Assembly (NCBI GenBank): GCA_946623125.1
Contig: CAMOQR010000002.1
Location: 1,922 to 65,921, forward strand
Direction of reading: 5' to 3'
Length of the DNA stretch: 64,000 bases
Source of the DNA: an uncultured Bacillales bacterium
GTDB lineage: Bacteria > Bacillota_I > Bacilli_A > RF39 > UBA660
Shown here: one piece after another, positions 19,301-28,897 of the stretch
How the letters are laid out: the number at the start of each line of letters is the position of its first letter
Position numbering within the stretch: position 1 is the stretch's first letter
The notes under the pieces: model-generated
What the model was told of the DNA's origin: nothing
Database searches by the model: none
The model's input: only the letters and a program-made list of their open reading frames with translations
Translations under genes and position numbers: made by a program

Positions 19301-20710
19301 TACTTTAATATCTGGTTTCTTTGTTACTGTAACGGTTGCTGTTGCTGTTTTTCCGTTTGTTGTTGTAACTGTTATTTCTGCTGTACCTTCTGATACTCCT
19401 ACAACTTTTCCATTATTTACTGTAGCAACACTCGTATTATTACTTGTCCATGTTACTGTTTTATTTGTTGCATTACTTGGTGTAATTGTTGCTTCTAAGC
19501 CTACTTCTGTTCCCTCTTCTATAGTTACGTTCGTTTTATTTAATGTAATACTTTCTGCTTCTACTGGTGGTATGTCTTTTACAGTAAGTTTTGCTGTTGC
19601 TGTTTTTCCATTTGTTGTTCTAACCGTTATTTCTGCTGTACCCTTTGCAACTGCAGTTACTTTACCATTTTCTACTGTTGCAATTTTTGTATTACTACTT
19701 GTCCATGTTAGTGTTTTATCTGTTGTATTTTCTGGTAGTATGCTTGCAACAAGTGATGTGCTATCTCCAATTACTAATTCAAGAGATGTTTTATCTAGAG
19801 AAACACTTTCTGCTTCTATTGTTTCTTCATAAGGATTTGTTACTACTATATGATATGTATAAGTAATATTTCCAAGCTTTGCAATAACATCTGCTTTTCC
19901 TGCTTTTCTAGGAATCATTTGTCCTTGTTCATTAACTTCTACAATGCTTGTATCTGTACTACTCCATATAAAATCTGTTGCAAGAAAAGGTGTTTTAGCG
20001 TTTGGCCAACCTTTGTTTTTTGTAACAGGTGTGTTATATACAAACATATTGTTGTAACTAGTTCCCTCCTTTGGAACTTCTAAATTAATGGTATCTCCAG
20101 GATTTGCTCTAGCAGATGATTCTATATCAATGTATTTTTCATCTACTTCAACTTTTGGAGTTACTTCTATTGAACCAGTTCTATCTTCTGTTCCTGTTGA
20201 ATTTGTGGAAAATAATTGTACCCAATAGTTTGTTCCATTTACTTCAATATGTCCAATACCTATTGTTGTAAAATATTTTGAATAATCTTTTCCATCATAT
20301 TCATATCCCATAATATTGGCACAATGGCCTGGTGAATTCATCCAACCTGTCATTACAGCTGATGGGGTAGTATATCCTACGGCAATATTTTCTCCTGCGG
20401 TACTATAAGATAACCCATCAAATATTGTAAAGGTATCTGAATCATTTGCTCTTGTATGGCTGTAATAGACTGCAATTTCTGATGCCCTTTTCATGGCTCT
20501 ATTTGTTAATTCTTTATCAAGAATTAGAGCACTTTTCCCCTTTTTTGCTCTTTCTTCATTTACAATTTTATGTACTTCTTTGATATAATCAAAATTTTCA
20601 GTTCCTGAGATTGTTATTTCACCAGTTGCTGCATAAATACTTAAAGGATATGAAAATAGTGATAAAAACGTAAATATTATTGTAAATAAAATTTTACCTA
20701 TTTTCTTCAT
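16340..20710 (-). CDS. Cell-wall-anchored surface protein with a CAP/SCP domain, Big_2 Ig-like repeats, MBG-like repeats, Listeria-Bacteroides-type repeats and an IPNTG sorting signal
   Basis: ATG at 20710 with a GTGAGGAA RBS and a Sec signal peptide. CAP-like motifs are GENIAVGY and WMNSPGHCANIM. Three near-identical Big_2 units carry LTWTSSN..ATV.NGKVTAV..GTAEITV. The C-terminus is IPNTG, then a hydrophobic helix, then KRK. Confidence 0.8.
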   Translation of the reverse strand: MKKIGKILFTIIFTFLSLFSYPLSIYAATGEITISGTENFDYIKEVHKIVNEERAKKGKSALILDKELTNRAMKRASEIAVYYSHTRANDSDTFTIFDGLSYSTAGENIAVGYTTPSAVMTGWMNSPGHCANIMGYEYDGKDYSKYFTTIGIGHIEVNGTNYWVQLFSTNSTGTEDRTGSIEVTPKVEVDEKYIDIESSARANPGDTINLEVPKEGTSYNNMFVYNTPVTKNKGWPNAKTPFLATDFIWSSTDTSIVEVNEQGQMIPRKAGKADVIAKLGNITYTYHIVVTNPYEETIEAESVSLDKTSLELVIGDSTSLVASILPENTTDKTLTWTSSNTKIATVENGKVTAVAKGTAEITVRTTNGKTATAKLTVKDIPPVEAESITLNKTNVTIEEGTEVGLEATITPSNATNKTVTWTSNNTSVATVNNGKVVGVSEGTAEITVTTTNGKTATATVTVTKKPDIKVESIDILKDEISLTYGEEKEVGVEFTPQNATDKTLTWKSDNEKVATVINGKIKANSSGTATITATAANGSRDSIRVFVSRKIITIKNATMNELTTEVTSVTLDGLVNNDKPVMGVDYQTRGYLVNGDNGKRNALIQIYLEDEYTNKYAFERIYTDPETGKDYNITTNFDEYTYPTNIQNVVYNYIERFEVKNAKIDIKAGDAPKFYGEPGEVYYHTYETWLLVEEGKLVGASSDLYDQEFFETYGTPLTKFEEGKTYSYNVFFKQNPEYPKYLMKEPWEDVTIIVNGKEYELQNGGASKGPDGMDYELGGEVLRITIPYTLTEEDVSLEKTSYEYTGSKITPNPVVTKNGKTLEKDKDYKVTYQNNQEVGTATVTVEGIGEYSGKISKTYSITKENITPTIDEIPSQEYTGSKITPKVNVKNNNQLLKENKDYIITYTNNINVGEATATISPVENGSYRFEKFTTNFTITPKPITEKDITLKQESVKYNGEERTVEVVIRINGKTLEKDKDYKTTYTNNKNIGTATITVEGMGNYTGKVNKTFQIVEKDVQELFFEKEEVIKTYQDEDFTNQLSHSIGDGKITYTSSDDTIATIDTNGKVTIHKAGTVDITAEASETEEYASKTTSYKLVINKKKTEKPKENASTLSGIAGDSLSTISLSKGQWVKKEEIIQKGSKEYEFTYTENNDTENYTTETFKINVYGNSKVNVKTSVNGGHGTISDGLENVLENDIITVTFTPDEGYEIDKVTINGEENKINNNKIELQVSNEDMDIVVTYKEIIYNFKVTSSQGVNVELDDEKANYHSTKEIEILPDYGYQLVSIKVNGKESIQELENNILKISNIESDYTIQIEAKPIEYNYIKGANQEYIINQMEEALFEIDADYSLFEDGGIVLIDDIEISNSLYISEEGSTIIRLSKDLLNELSLGKHSLNVIFNDGGSAKTNFTVELPEYEKIPNTGIDNSTLELLGFFLLSSLVFIKNIKRKVLN

Positions 20711-20807
20711 ACTATTCCTCACTTTCTTGACTTATTATTATATATTAGTTTTTTTGTTTTTTTCAATATTTTTCTTTGAAAATTTAATTTTTAAAGAAAA
20801 AGAAATA

Positions 20808-21053
20808 TCAATTTGATATTTCTTCTAATGCTTTTACTAATTGATCGGGGCAGGATGTTCCTCTTCCTTTACAATCTATTCCTTTTAATTTTTCTTTTAC
20901 TGTATTAATGTCTTGTCCTTCTACTAAGGCTGCAATACCTTTTAGATTTCCATTGCAACCACCGGTAAATTTAACATTATATAATTTATTATCTTCTATA
21001 TCAAAATCTATTTGTACAGAACATGTTTTATTTGTTTTATATGTTTTATGCAT
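20808..21053 (-). CDS. TSCPD-domain small protein (TIGR03905-like)
   Basis: 81 aa with GGCNGNLKGI and RGTSCPDQL motifs. Confidence 0.7.
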   Translation of the reverse strand: MHKTYKTNKTCSVQIDFDIEDNKLYNVKFTGGCNGNLKGIAALVEGQDINTVKEKLKGIDCKGRGTSCPDQLVKALEEISN

Positions 21054-21055
21054 TC

Positions 21056-22282
21056 TTAACCTCTTATTTTATGTATTATTTTCATTAATTTATAATGCCA
21101 TGTAATTGGTAATTCAAATTCTCCAATTAATTCTTCTACATATCCATTGAATCCTCTTTTAAATTCATAAATACCATAGTCTTTTGGATGCTCATTTATA
21201 TTCGCTGGAATTCCATAAAAATTATGTTTATCAAATCCATTTTCAATTCCATATTTAATTAGTTCCCATTGAATTAAGTATTGAGAATTAAATTTCATAT
21301 ATTCTTCATAGTTACCACTTGATAGATAAATTACTTCTGGCTTGATTAACATAAACATGGAACCTGATAATGTAATGATTTCTTTTCCTGTTTTTTCTAT
21401 AATCTCTTTGGATTCTTGAATTCTTTTTTCAAATGATGCAATCTCATTTGTAAGATTCTTCTTTGCTCCATCGTTGTATTTTGCATCGCTTAGACTATCC
21501 ATTTTTTCTTGTTTTTCTCTCTTCTCTTTTTCTAGGCCTTCCATGTATTTTTTCAAGTCTAATTCTGTAATAAAGTATTTTACTTCTGCTTGATCATGAA
21601 ATAGTTTATACATTTCTTGAAAGTAAGATAAATCTCTTACTTTAAAATCTTTTCTTGCACCAGTTTCTATCATAATATTTTGGAAACGATCTAATTCATC
21701 ATATCCTATTTCTTTTACTGTAATTCCAAATTTTTCTGTTTTTTTGATTTGATTTCTTGTATTTGGTTTCATTTCTTTTAAGATTTCTTCTTTTGTTTTA
21801 CCTTTTAAATCTAGAGAAAACATCCAAATGACTTGTTCTGTTTGTTCAACTGGTACTTTTTTAAAGCCTAGGTTTTCTAACTCTTCTACTACTTTTCTAT
21901 TATCTTCTCCATCTTCAACTATATTTCCATCTATATCCCTTTGTCTATAGATTAAATAGGGATCTACTCTAAAAATATAGCCTTTCTTTTCTTTGATATA
22001 TTTTTTAATTTCTTCTGTAAAGAAATCTAATAATTCTTTATTATGAAAATCTAATAAATATCCTCTTGGGGAATAAAATTCATATTTATTAAAATGTCTT
22101 TTGTGGGATAGTAACATTGTTGCGGCAATCAATTTTTTATCTTCTTTTACTCCAACATAATATGTTTTCCAATTCTGTTTTTCTCTTAATTTTGATATTT
22201 TTGGAGAAGATAAAAATGTTTTTAAGGGATGTTCTTCCCAAAAGTCGGTATATTCTTTTTCTGTTATTTCTTGAAATTTCAT
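21056..22282 (-). CDS. FemAB-family peptidoglycan interpeptide-bridge aminoacyltransferase
   Basis: 408 aa. It has the typical FemX/MurM layout, with a central coiled-coil insert (EKEKREKQEKMD) between two GNAT-like halves. Confidence 0.75.
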   Translation of the reverse strand: MKFQEITEKEYTDFWEEHPLKTFLSSPKISKLREKQNWKTYYVGVKEDKKLIAATMLLSHKRHFNKYEFYSPRGYLLDFHNKELLDFFTEEIKKYIKEKKGYIFRVDPYLIYRQRDIDGNIVEDGEDNRKVVEELENLGFKKVPVEQTEQVIWMFSLDLKGKTKEEILKEMKPNTRNQIKKTEKFGITVKEIGYDELDRFQNIMIETGARKDFKVRDLSYFQEMYKLFHDQAEVKYFITELDLKKYMEGLEKEKREKQEKMDSLSDAKYNDGAKKNLTNEIASFEKRIQESKEIIEKTGKEIITLSGSMFMLIKPEVIYLSSGNYEEYMKFNSQYLIQWELIKYGIENGFDKHNFYGIPANINEHPKDYGIYEFKRGFNGYVEELIGEFELPITWHYKLMKIIHKIRG

Positions 22283-22351
22283 AGCAACACCTCATCTTTT
22301 CATTTACTATTATATCATAAGTTCTTTTAGAATGACTATGAATCCCTTTTC

Positions 22352-23062
22352 TTATTCTTTCTTTTTCTTGTTTTTCTTTTGTTTTTCAAACATAAACCTT
22401 GCTCGATCAATTTCTTTTTCTAATGTTTTATCGACTTTATCTACAATCATATCTTTATCTAATAAAGTAATTATAAATAAGAAAATCACTATAAATAGTA
22501 AGATTAAAGATACAAATAAAATGATACTAAAATTGTCCTTTTGCTCTTTTGTGGTATCTAAATAACTGTTTGTTAAATAAGATTCATAATTTTCTTCTGT
22601 TATTGTAACTTCGTTTTCTGCAGGCACAAAATTTTTTATGTTCTTAATGGCTATTTTTTTTAATTCTTCGCTAGTAATTACTGGATATCCATATACTTTT
22701 TTAGGGGATGGTTCTACAGTTGTTCTTTCATATGTATAATCTATAATATTTTTATACTCATCATACTCGCTTTCATCTATAGCGATTAAATAAGTATGCC
22801 ATTGTCCAGTTGCTTCTTTTTCAATAATAAAATGAATTCCTACATTTGATTCTTTATAATATGCAAATTTTTCTGACATTTTTGATATTGTAACATAAGT
22901 ATAATCTTCTACATTTTCAACATCTGACCATGGTACAATATCTTTTTTTTCTTGAAATAATCGATAAGAGCACACAAAAAGAATGCTTATTATTACTAAA
23001 TATACTAAGCACATAATCATTTTAATTGCTATTCTTTTTTCGTTTATCTTTTTCTTTTTCAT
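22352..23062 (-). CDS. Hypothetical membrane protein with two TM helices
   Basis: N-terminal and C-terminal TM helices flank a ~150-aa outside domain. No family recognised. Confidence 0.45.
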   Translation of the reverse strand: MKKKKINEKRIAIKMIMCLVYLVIISILFVCSYRLFQEKKDIVPWSDVENVEDYTYVTISKMSEKFAYYKESNVGIHFIIEKEATGQWHTYLIAIDESEYDEYKNIIDYTYERTTVEPSPKKVYGYPVITSEELKKIAIKNIKNFVPAENEVTITEENYESYLTNSYLDTTKEQKDNFSIILFVSLILLFIVIFLFIITLLDKDMIVDKVDKTLEKEIDRARFMFEKQKKNKKKKE

Positions 23063-23095
23063 TTTACTTCCTACTTCTTGAATAATAAAAAGTGG

Positions 23096-23950
23096 CTATT
23101 CCACTTTTTGAGGTTGTTTATTTAATTTTAACATTAATATTTCTATAAATCGATATCCATCTCTATTTTTTATATATAAATATCCAAATATAGAAAAAAC
23201 AAATGCTCCTATTAAGTTTACTAGTAAGTCTTTCATAGTATCATTCAACCCAATATCCAAATATCCTCCCTCAATTACAATTATATCGTCTCCATTGTCA
23301 CTATAAATTTCTGTTTTTACAATATCTTTTACTTTAATGGGTATATTTATTCCATCTGGATTTATTTTTACAGATTGAAAGCTTTCAACAATCTTATCCT
23401 TTTGCATATCTTTTTCAAGATATAGGTCTGCAGCATATTCTCCAAATTCCCAAAGTACTCCAATTGTCATGGAAAACGAAAAGGCTACTAGTGCTGCAAA
23501 TGCTGGGGACATGTTAATATGAAATTGTTCATGATTCATCATATCTACAATTGAAAAACCTATTGCTGCACATAAGAAACCATTTAAGGTATGTAATATA
23601 GTATCCCAGTGTGTGAATATTCCATAAAAATTTTGGATTTCTCCTAATATTTCCGCAGAAAAAATGAATAAATATACGATTATTTCTAATGTTTCTGGAA
23701 ATGTTACATGAAATCGTTTTGAAATAAAATTAGGTAATGTAAATAATATTAAAGTTAAAATACATAAGGCCACATTATTCCAGTTATGATTTAGTCCTTG
23801 ACCAATCATACTGGCAATTACTAATATTCTTAATAACAAATATACAACAATATTAACTCCTTTTTTTTCTTTTATTTTTGGAGATAATTTTTTTTTATTA
23901 TTTTTGTTAATATTATGATGATTTTCTTTTGCACTTTTCATCAGATTCAC
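23096..23950 (-). CDS. Polytopic membrane protein (possibly YjdF/DUF2238-like)
   Basis: About 6 TM helices. The HTLNGF and LWEFGEY motifs are reminiscent of DUF2238; this is a weak call. Confidence 0.4.
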   Translation of the reverse strand: MNLMKSAKENHHNINKNNKKKLSPKIKEKKGVNIVVYLLLRILVIASMIGQGLNHNWNNVALCILTLILFTLPNFISKRFHVTFPETLEIIVYLFIFSAEILGEIQNFYGIFTHWDTILHTLNGFLCAAIGFSIVDMMNHEQFHINMSPAFAALVAFSFSMTIGVLWEFGEYAADLYLEKDMQKDKIVESFQSVKINPDGINIPIKVKDIVKTEIYSDNGDDIIVIEGGYLDIGLNDTMKDLLVNLIGAFVFSIFGYLYIKNRDGYRFIEILMLKLNKQPQKVE

Positions 23951-23954
23951 TACC

Positions 23955-24875
23955 TTATTCTTCGAATAATTTTTTAATATTTTCTTTTGGAACTTGCATT
24001 TTCATACTTTGTTCTACTTTAAATACGTATTTATTTGTATCTTCTTTATATTCTTCTCCATCAATACACCATGATGTTTTTGGTTTATCTAAGAATTCTA
24101 TTTCAAATTGATTTGTTTGATAATATGTTATTTCTGGTATTTCTTTTACATCTAGGGAATCTACTTTAGCAAGTAATTTTAATAGTTCTTTTTTGTTTTT
24201 TGGATTTGCAAGTGCAACTTCAAACATCTTATCGTCTAATTTTACATCATAGTATACATCTGGTTGGCCTGCTATTCTTGAAGAGTTTGATATGAATATA
24301 AATGAATAAGTTCCTTCATATTCTTTTCCATCTACTTTAAATCTTATGTTATAGTGATGTAGTTTATTCCATATTTGTTTTGCACCATATATTAAATAGG
24401 CTATTTTTCCATATTTTTCTTTTAGATATCGCGGAGTAGAATATGCCATGTCAATATAATCACCTAAACATGCTACATATACAAAAGGAGTTTCATTAAT
24501 GTAACATACATCTACTTTTTTTGCTTTCCCTTTCAAAATTTTTTCTAAATTTTCATATATATTTTGATTTAGTCCATACATGTTTCCAACATCATTTGTA
24601 CTTCCCATAGGGAGTGGTGCAATTGTTAATTTCTTATTCCTTTGTAGATTTCCCGTTACTATTTCATTTAATGTTCCATCTCCTCCGGCGCTAATTACTA
24701 AATCTACTCTAGAATCTAGTCCTTGAATAATTTTTTCTGCATCATGTTTTGCTTTTGTAAAAATAATGTCTGTATCATATCCGTAATTTCTTAAAATGTC
24801 ATAAAACTCTTGATATGTCGTAATTTTCTTTTTTTTGCCGCTTTCTGGATTCATGATGATTACACATTTTTTCAT
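23955..24875 (-). CDS. Diacylglycerol/lipid kinase family protein (DagK/YegS-like)
   Basis: IMNPESGKKK N-terminus and the GGDGTLNE nucleotide-binding motif. Confidence 0.8.
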   Translation of the reverse strand: MKKCVIIMNPESGKKKKITTYQEFYDILRNYGYDTDIIFTKAKHDAEKIIQGLDSRVDLVISAGGDGTLNEIVTGNLQRNKKLTIAPLPMGSTNDVGNMYGLNQNIYENLEKILKGKAKKVDVCYINETPFVYVACLGDYIDMAYSTPRYLKEKYGKIAYLIYGAKQIWNKLHHYNIRFKVDGKEYEGTYSFIFISNSSRIAGQPDVYYDVKLDDKMFEVALANPKNKKELLKLLAKVDSLDVKEIPEITYYQTNQFEIEFLDKPKTSWCIDGEEYKEDTNKYVFKVEQSMKMQVPKENIKKLFEE

Positions 24876-24974
24876 GAGATCATCTCCCCTTTTTCAAGTT
24901 TTATTTTACACTATAATGTTATTCTTGTCTATTATCTGTTTTTAAGTTTTTTAAAGAAAAAAAGAATGATTTTC

Positions 24975-26555
24975 TCATTCTTTTTCTAAACTATAAAAAG
25001 TGAATCCCCCTAATCTATCATCAGGATCTTGGCACTGTTCTTTCCATATTAAATCAATATTTGTCCATCCATTATTATTTTCATTTAATGGATCTAGTGT
25101 ATATGTTTTTTCTTTTGATTCATTTTTATAATCATACATTACAATAGCATGATTCCATCTTTCTGTTGCAAATTTACCATTTTGCATTGTACCATATACA
25201 ATTTTTCCTTGTTTTAACTCTCCAATTAATTCTTCTTTTGAATTAATACCTTTCCATTTTACATGATAATGATCTGATGCATATATAATTCCTAATCCAC
25301 TTGTTCCTGAATATTTTTTATTGAATTGATCGGTATTATTATATAAATAATCCCCTATTTCTGTAGGTAAAATCTCTCTATTCAATATTGATGTAAAAGC
25401 CATAGCCATACTTGTTGGAGAACATCCTGTTGATCCAAATGTTTTTTTACCATATTTTTTGTTAGTCCATCTAGAATCCTTTTGTTTATAATAAACTGGA
25501 ATTTGCTGTGTTCTTATATATTCTCCCGTTTCCGAATCTAGATATATTCTATAATTATTTTTATTTATAACTCCGTATTGTTTTGTATAATTATTTTCAT
25601 CAAAATAATAGTTTTTATCGTCTATTTGAATAATTCCTTTTTCTAAGAATTTACCATGAATAAAAAATTCTTTTTCTTCACAGTTTACTAGTCCTTCTCC
25701 GGTTAATACTTCTCCATCTTCTTTTTGGTACCACGCACCTTCAGTTGAACCTTGTAATCCTTTTTTTAGGGCACCATTTACTCGACTATAGAAATAGATT
25801 TTATCATTTTTTTCAATGAATCCAGTTTGCATGATTCCTTGATCATTAAAATAATAGTTTTTGCCGTCTATTTGTTGCTCTTTTGTAACTACTTCTCCTT
25901 CTTCATTCTGATACCATTTTCCTTCTTCTGCACCTTGCCATCCATGTTTTAAGGCTCCATTTACCCGGCTATAGAAATAGATTTTTCCATTTTCCGTTAT
26001 AAATCCTTTTTGTAAGAATCCATTTTCATTAAAATAATAGTTTTTACCATCTATTTCAGTTTTTCCTACTACTAATGCTCCTTCTTCATCTTGATACCAT
26101 TGTCCTTCATCTGCACCTTGCCAGCCATGTTTTAAGGCTCCATTAACTCGACTATAGAAATAGATTTTTCCATTTTCTGGAATAAAACCTTTTTGCAAAA
26201 ATCCATTTTCATTAAAATAATAGTTTTTACCATCTATTTCAGTTTTTCCTACTACTAGTGCTCCTTCCTCATCTTGATACCATTGTCCTTCTTCTGCACC
26301 TTGCCATCCATGTTTTAGTTTTCCATTAACTCGACTATAGAAATAGATTTTTTCATTTTCCGGAATAAACCCTGTTTGCATGATTCCATCTTCATTAAAA
26401 TAATAATAGTCTCCATCAATTTCATATTTTCCTATTGCATATGTGTTTTCTTCTAATTCATATTTAATATTTTCTTCTGTTTTAATCCATCCTTCTGCAT
26501 AAACTGATGGTATTCCTAAGAATAATAATGTTATCAAAATAAAGTGTTTTTTCAT
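24975..26555 (-). CDS. Secreted cell-wall-binding-repeat protein with a C-terminal C39-like cysteine peptidase domain
   Basis: Sec signal peptide. Tandem CW_binding_1-type repeats carry (Y)YFNENGxxQxGF and IYFYSRVNG. The C-terminal domain has TGCSPTSMAMAF (Cys), NHAIVMYDY (His) and LDPLN (Asp). Confidence 0.7.
   Translation of the reverse strand: MKKHFILITLLFLGIPSVYAEGWIKTEENIKYELEENTYAIGKYEIDGDYYYFNEDGIMQTGFIPENEKIYFYSRVNGKLKHGWQGAEEGQWYQDEEGALVVGKTEIDGKNYYFNENGFLQKGFIPENGKIYFYSRVNGALKHGWQGADEGQWYQDEEGALVVGKTEIDGKNYYFNENGFLQKGFITENGKIYFYSRVNGALKHGWQGAEEGKWYQNEEGEVVTKEQQIDGKNYYFNDQGIMQTGFIEKNDKIYFYSRVNGALKKGLQGSTEGAWYQKEDGEVLTGEGLVNCEEKEFFIHGKFLEKGIIQIDDKNYYFDENNYTKQYGVINKNNYRIYLDSETGEYIRTQQIPVYYKQKDSRWTNKKYGKKTFGSTGCSPTSMAMAFTSILNREILPTEIGDYLYNNTDQFNKKYSGTSGLGIIYASDHYHVKWKGINSKEELIGELKQGKIVYGTMQNGKFATERWNHAIVMYDYKNESKEKTYTLDPLNENNNGWTNIDLIWKEQCQDPDDRLGGFTFYSLEKE
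25655..26483 (-). repeat. Intragenic tandem repeats encoding cell-wall-binding modules (~180-bp period, some copies near identical)
   Basis: The 60-aa unit YFYSRVNGALKHGWQGA.EGQWYQDEEGALVVGKTEIDGKNYYFNENGFLQKGFI occurs twice almost verbatim. The DNA around 25.92-26.28 kb is visibly repeated. Confidence 0.8.
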
Positions 26556-26640
26556 TACGTTCTATCCTTTCTACTCTAGCCTATTATTATTATATCATTT
26601 ATTTTTTTTTATAAAAGACTAAATTCATTATAAGAAACAA

Positions 26641-26662
26641 AAAAAGGGTTTTAACCCTTTTT
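26641..26662 (-). terminator. Rho-independent terminator after the GH25/CW-repeat gene
   Basis: AAAAAGGGTT / AACCCTTTTT inverted repeat followed on the minus strand by TTTTTTGTTTC. Confidence 0.55.
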
Positions 26663-28805
26663 ACATATAGAAATAACTCATGTCTACATTTCCATTAATA
26701 CCTGGAATGCTTCCTTCACTTGTATATTGCCATCCTTCATATGCTCCTTGATAGGTCAATACATCATTCCATTGTGCAACCCATGTTGCATATTGTTGAA
26801 CATCTTCTGGAAATCTTGTTTCAATATAATTCTTTGATGCATATACTCTTGTTTTAATACATAGATTTTTTTCGGTATTGTCTACAAAAGTATTTATCAT
26901 ATCTCTGTAAGTTTCTTTTCCTATTCCGTAACTATTTTCTCCTGTAGATTTTATTTCCCAATCTTCTAGATCATAGTAAATTCCAAATATATTTTTGGCA
27001 ATATGAACATCATTATTTTTAATTGTATTTACTACAAAGTTTGACTCTTTTAGTGCTTCATTTCCGTTTTCGGCATAACTAAAGATATATACAGAATAAG
27101 GAATTCCTACTCTATCTAATTCATTTTTGTTTCTAATAAAGTATTTGTCTACATATCCAATTCCATAACCAAGTCTTAATATTACTGCATCTACTTGTCC
27201 AGATGCTTTTACCATATCCCAATCAATCTTTCCTTGCCATGCAGATACATCAATTACTCTTATTTGTCTTACAAATTTTTCAAACTCTCCTGTTATTGCA
27301 TTAAATTGCCAAAATCTTTCTGCCATATATTGAATTCCTTTTGCTGTAGTACCATCAGGATTTTTATAATATTTCTTTCCATCTATTTCTGTAAAACCTT
27401 CTAATAATCCAGTGTTGTCATCAAATTTGTATTCTCTTCCATCAATTGTTTGAAGTCCTTTTACTAATGATCCTTCCTCTGTTTGATACCAATATCCATC
27501 TGCTGCACTTTGCCATCCATGTTTTAATTTTCCGTTTACTCGACTATAAAAATATCTATTTCCATCTTTTTCTACAAAACCTTTTTGCATAATTCCTTCA
27601 TCATTGAAATAGTATTCATCATTATCGATTATTTGTTTTCCTATTACTAGTGCTCCATCTTTATCTTGATACCATTGTCCTTCGGCTGCTCCTTGCCATC
27701 CATATTTTAAGGCTCCTGTTACCTTACTATAAAAATAGATTTTTTCATTTTCTTTTATAAATCCTGTTTTTAGAAATCCATCATCATCAAAATAATAATG
27801 ATTTGATTCCATTGTAATTTTACCAGTTAATAAAGATCCATCTTCTAGTTGATACCATTTTTTACCGTTTTCTTCATGCCATCCTTCTTTTATAATTCCT
27901 GTTTCTTTATCATAATAATACTTTTTATCTTCTTTTGTGACAAAGCCTTTTTCTAAGAATCCTTTTTCATTAAAACAATATTTTTCATTATCAATTGTTT
28001 GATTTCCTATTAAGAGTACTCCTTCATTATCTTGATACCATTGTCCTTCGGCTGCTCCTTGCCATCCATATTTTAAGGCTCCATTTACTCTACTATAAAA
28101 ATAGATTTTTTCGTTTTCTGTTATAAAACCTTTTTGTAAGAAACCATTTTCATTAAAGTAATATTTGTTACCATCTATTTCTGTTTTTCCTATGGCAAGG
28201 GATCCATCTTCTAATTGATACCATTGTCCTTCTACTGCTCCTTGCCATCCATATTTTAAGGCTCCATTTACTCTACTATAAAAATAGATTTTGTTATTTT
28301 CCGTTATAAATCCTTTTTCTAAGAATCCATTTTCATTAAAATAATAATAATTGCCATCTATTTCTGTTTTTCCTATGGCAAGGGATCCATCTTCTAATTG
28401 GTACCATTGTCCTTCTGCAGCACCCTGCCATCCATGTTTTAAAGCACCTGTTACTCTACTATAAAAATAGATTTTATCATTTTCTCTTATAAATCCTGTT
28501 TGTTGTACTCCATCTTCATTAAAATAATAAATATTATCTTCTATTGTTGTTCTTCCTGTCGCAATAGATCCATCTTCTTGACAGTATATAACATAATCTT
28601 CTATATTCGTCCATCCAGATAGTGTAGGATTTGTTCCATTCAAATAGTATTTTTTCCCATTTATCTCTTTTATTCCTTGATAATAGGTTCCATCCTCTTC
28701 AATAAAATAATACTTTCCTTCTTTTTCTATTAATCCTTCTTCTGCATATACTGGGAAAACTCCAAATATAAAGAATAGGATTAAAAACAACCATTTTTTT
28801 TGCAT
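26661..28805 (-). CDS. Secreted cell-wall-binding-repeat protein with a C-terminal GH25 muramidase domain
   Basis: Sec signal peptide and ~480 aa of CW_binding_1-type repeats. The last ~200 aa carry the GH25 signature VIDVSAWQGKIDWDMVKASGQVDAVILRLGYG. Confidence 0.8.
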   Translation of the reverse strand: MQKKWLFLILFFIFGVFPVYAEEGLIEKEGKYYFIEEDGTYYQGIKEINGKKYYLNGTNPTLSGWTNIEDYVIYCQEDGSIATGRTTIEDNIYYFNEDGVQQTGFIRENDKIYFYSRVTGALKHGWQGAAEGQWYQLEDGSLAIGKTEIDGNYYYFNENGFLEKGFITENNKIYFYSRVNGALKYGWQGAVEGQWYQLEDGSLAIGKTEIDGNKYYFNENGFLQKGFITENEKIYFYSRVNGALKYGWQGAAEGQWYQDNEGVLLIGNQTIDNEKYCFNEKGFLEKGFVTKEDKKYYYDKETGIIKEGWHEENGKKWYQLEDGSLLTGKITMESNHYYFDDDGFLKTGFIKENEKIYFYSKVTGALKYGWQGAAEGQWYQDKDGALVIGKQIIDNDEYYFNDEGIMQKGFVEKDGNRYFYSRVNGKLKHGWQSAADGYWYQTEEGSLVKGLQTIDGREYKFDDNTGLLEGFTEIDGKKYYKNPDGTTAKGIQYMAERFWQFNAITGEFEKFVRQIRVIDVSAWQGKIDWDMVKASGQVDAVILRLGYGIGYVDKYFIRNKNELDRVGIPYSVYIFSYAENGNEALKESNFVVNTIKNNDVHIAKNIFGIYYDLEDWEIKSTGENSYGIGKETYRDMINTFVDNTEKNLCIKTRVYASKNYIETRFPEDVQQYATWVAQWNDVLTYQGAYEGWQYTSEGSIPGINGNVDMSYFYM
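27264..28733 (-). repeat. Intragenic tandem repeats encoding cell-wall-binding modules, related to those at 25655-26483
   Basis: Repeated YFYSRV(N/T)GALK(H/Y)GWQGAAEGQWYQ...YYFNENGFL(E/Q)KGFI units with visible DNA-level repetition. Confidence 0.8.
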
Positions 28806-28897
28806 TTTACCAACTCTCCTATATCATGAATATCGTTATTATTATACCAAATCTATTACTATTATTCTACTTTCTTTTTTGTTTTATTACATCTTTA

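Noticed and set aside
25655-28733. The regular tandem repeats could be a CRISPR array or a satellite.
   Set aside because: The repeats are in-frame coding modules (cell-wall-binding repeats) inside long ORFs. There are no unique spacers and no cas genes. The same reasoning applies to 49626-52899.
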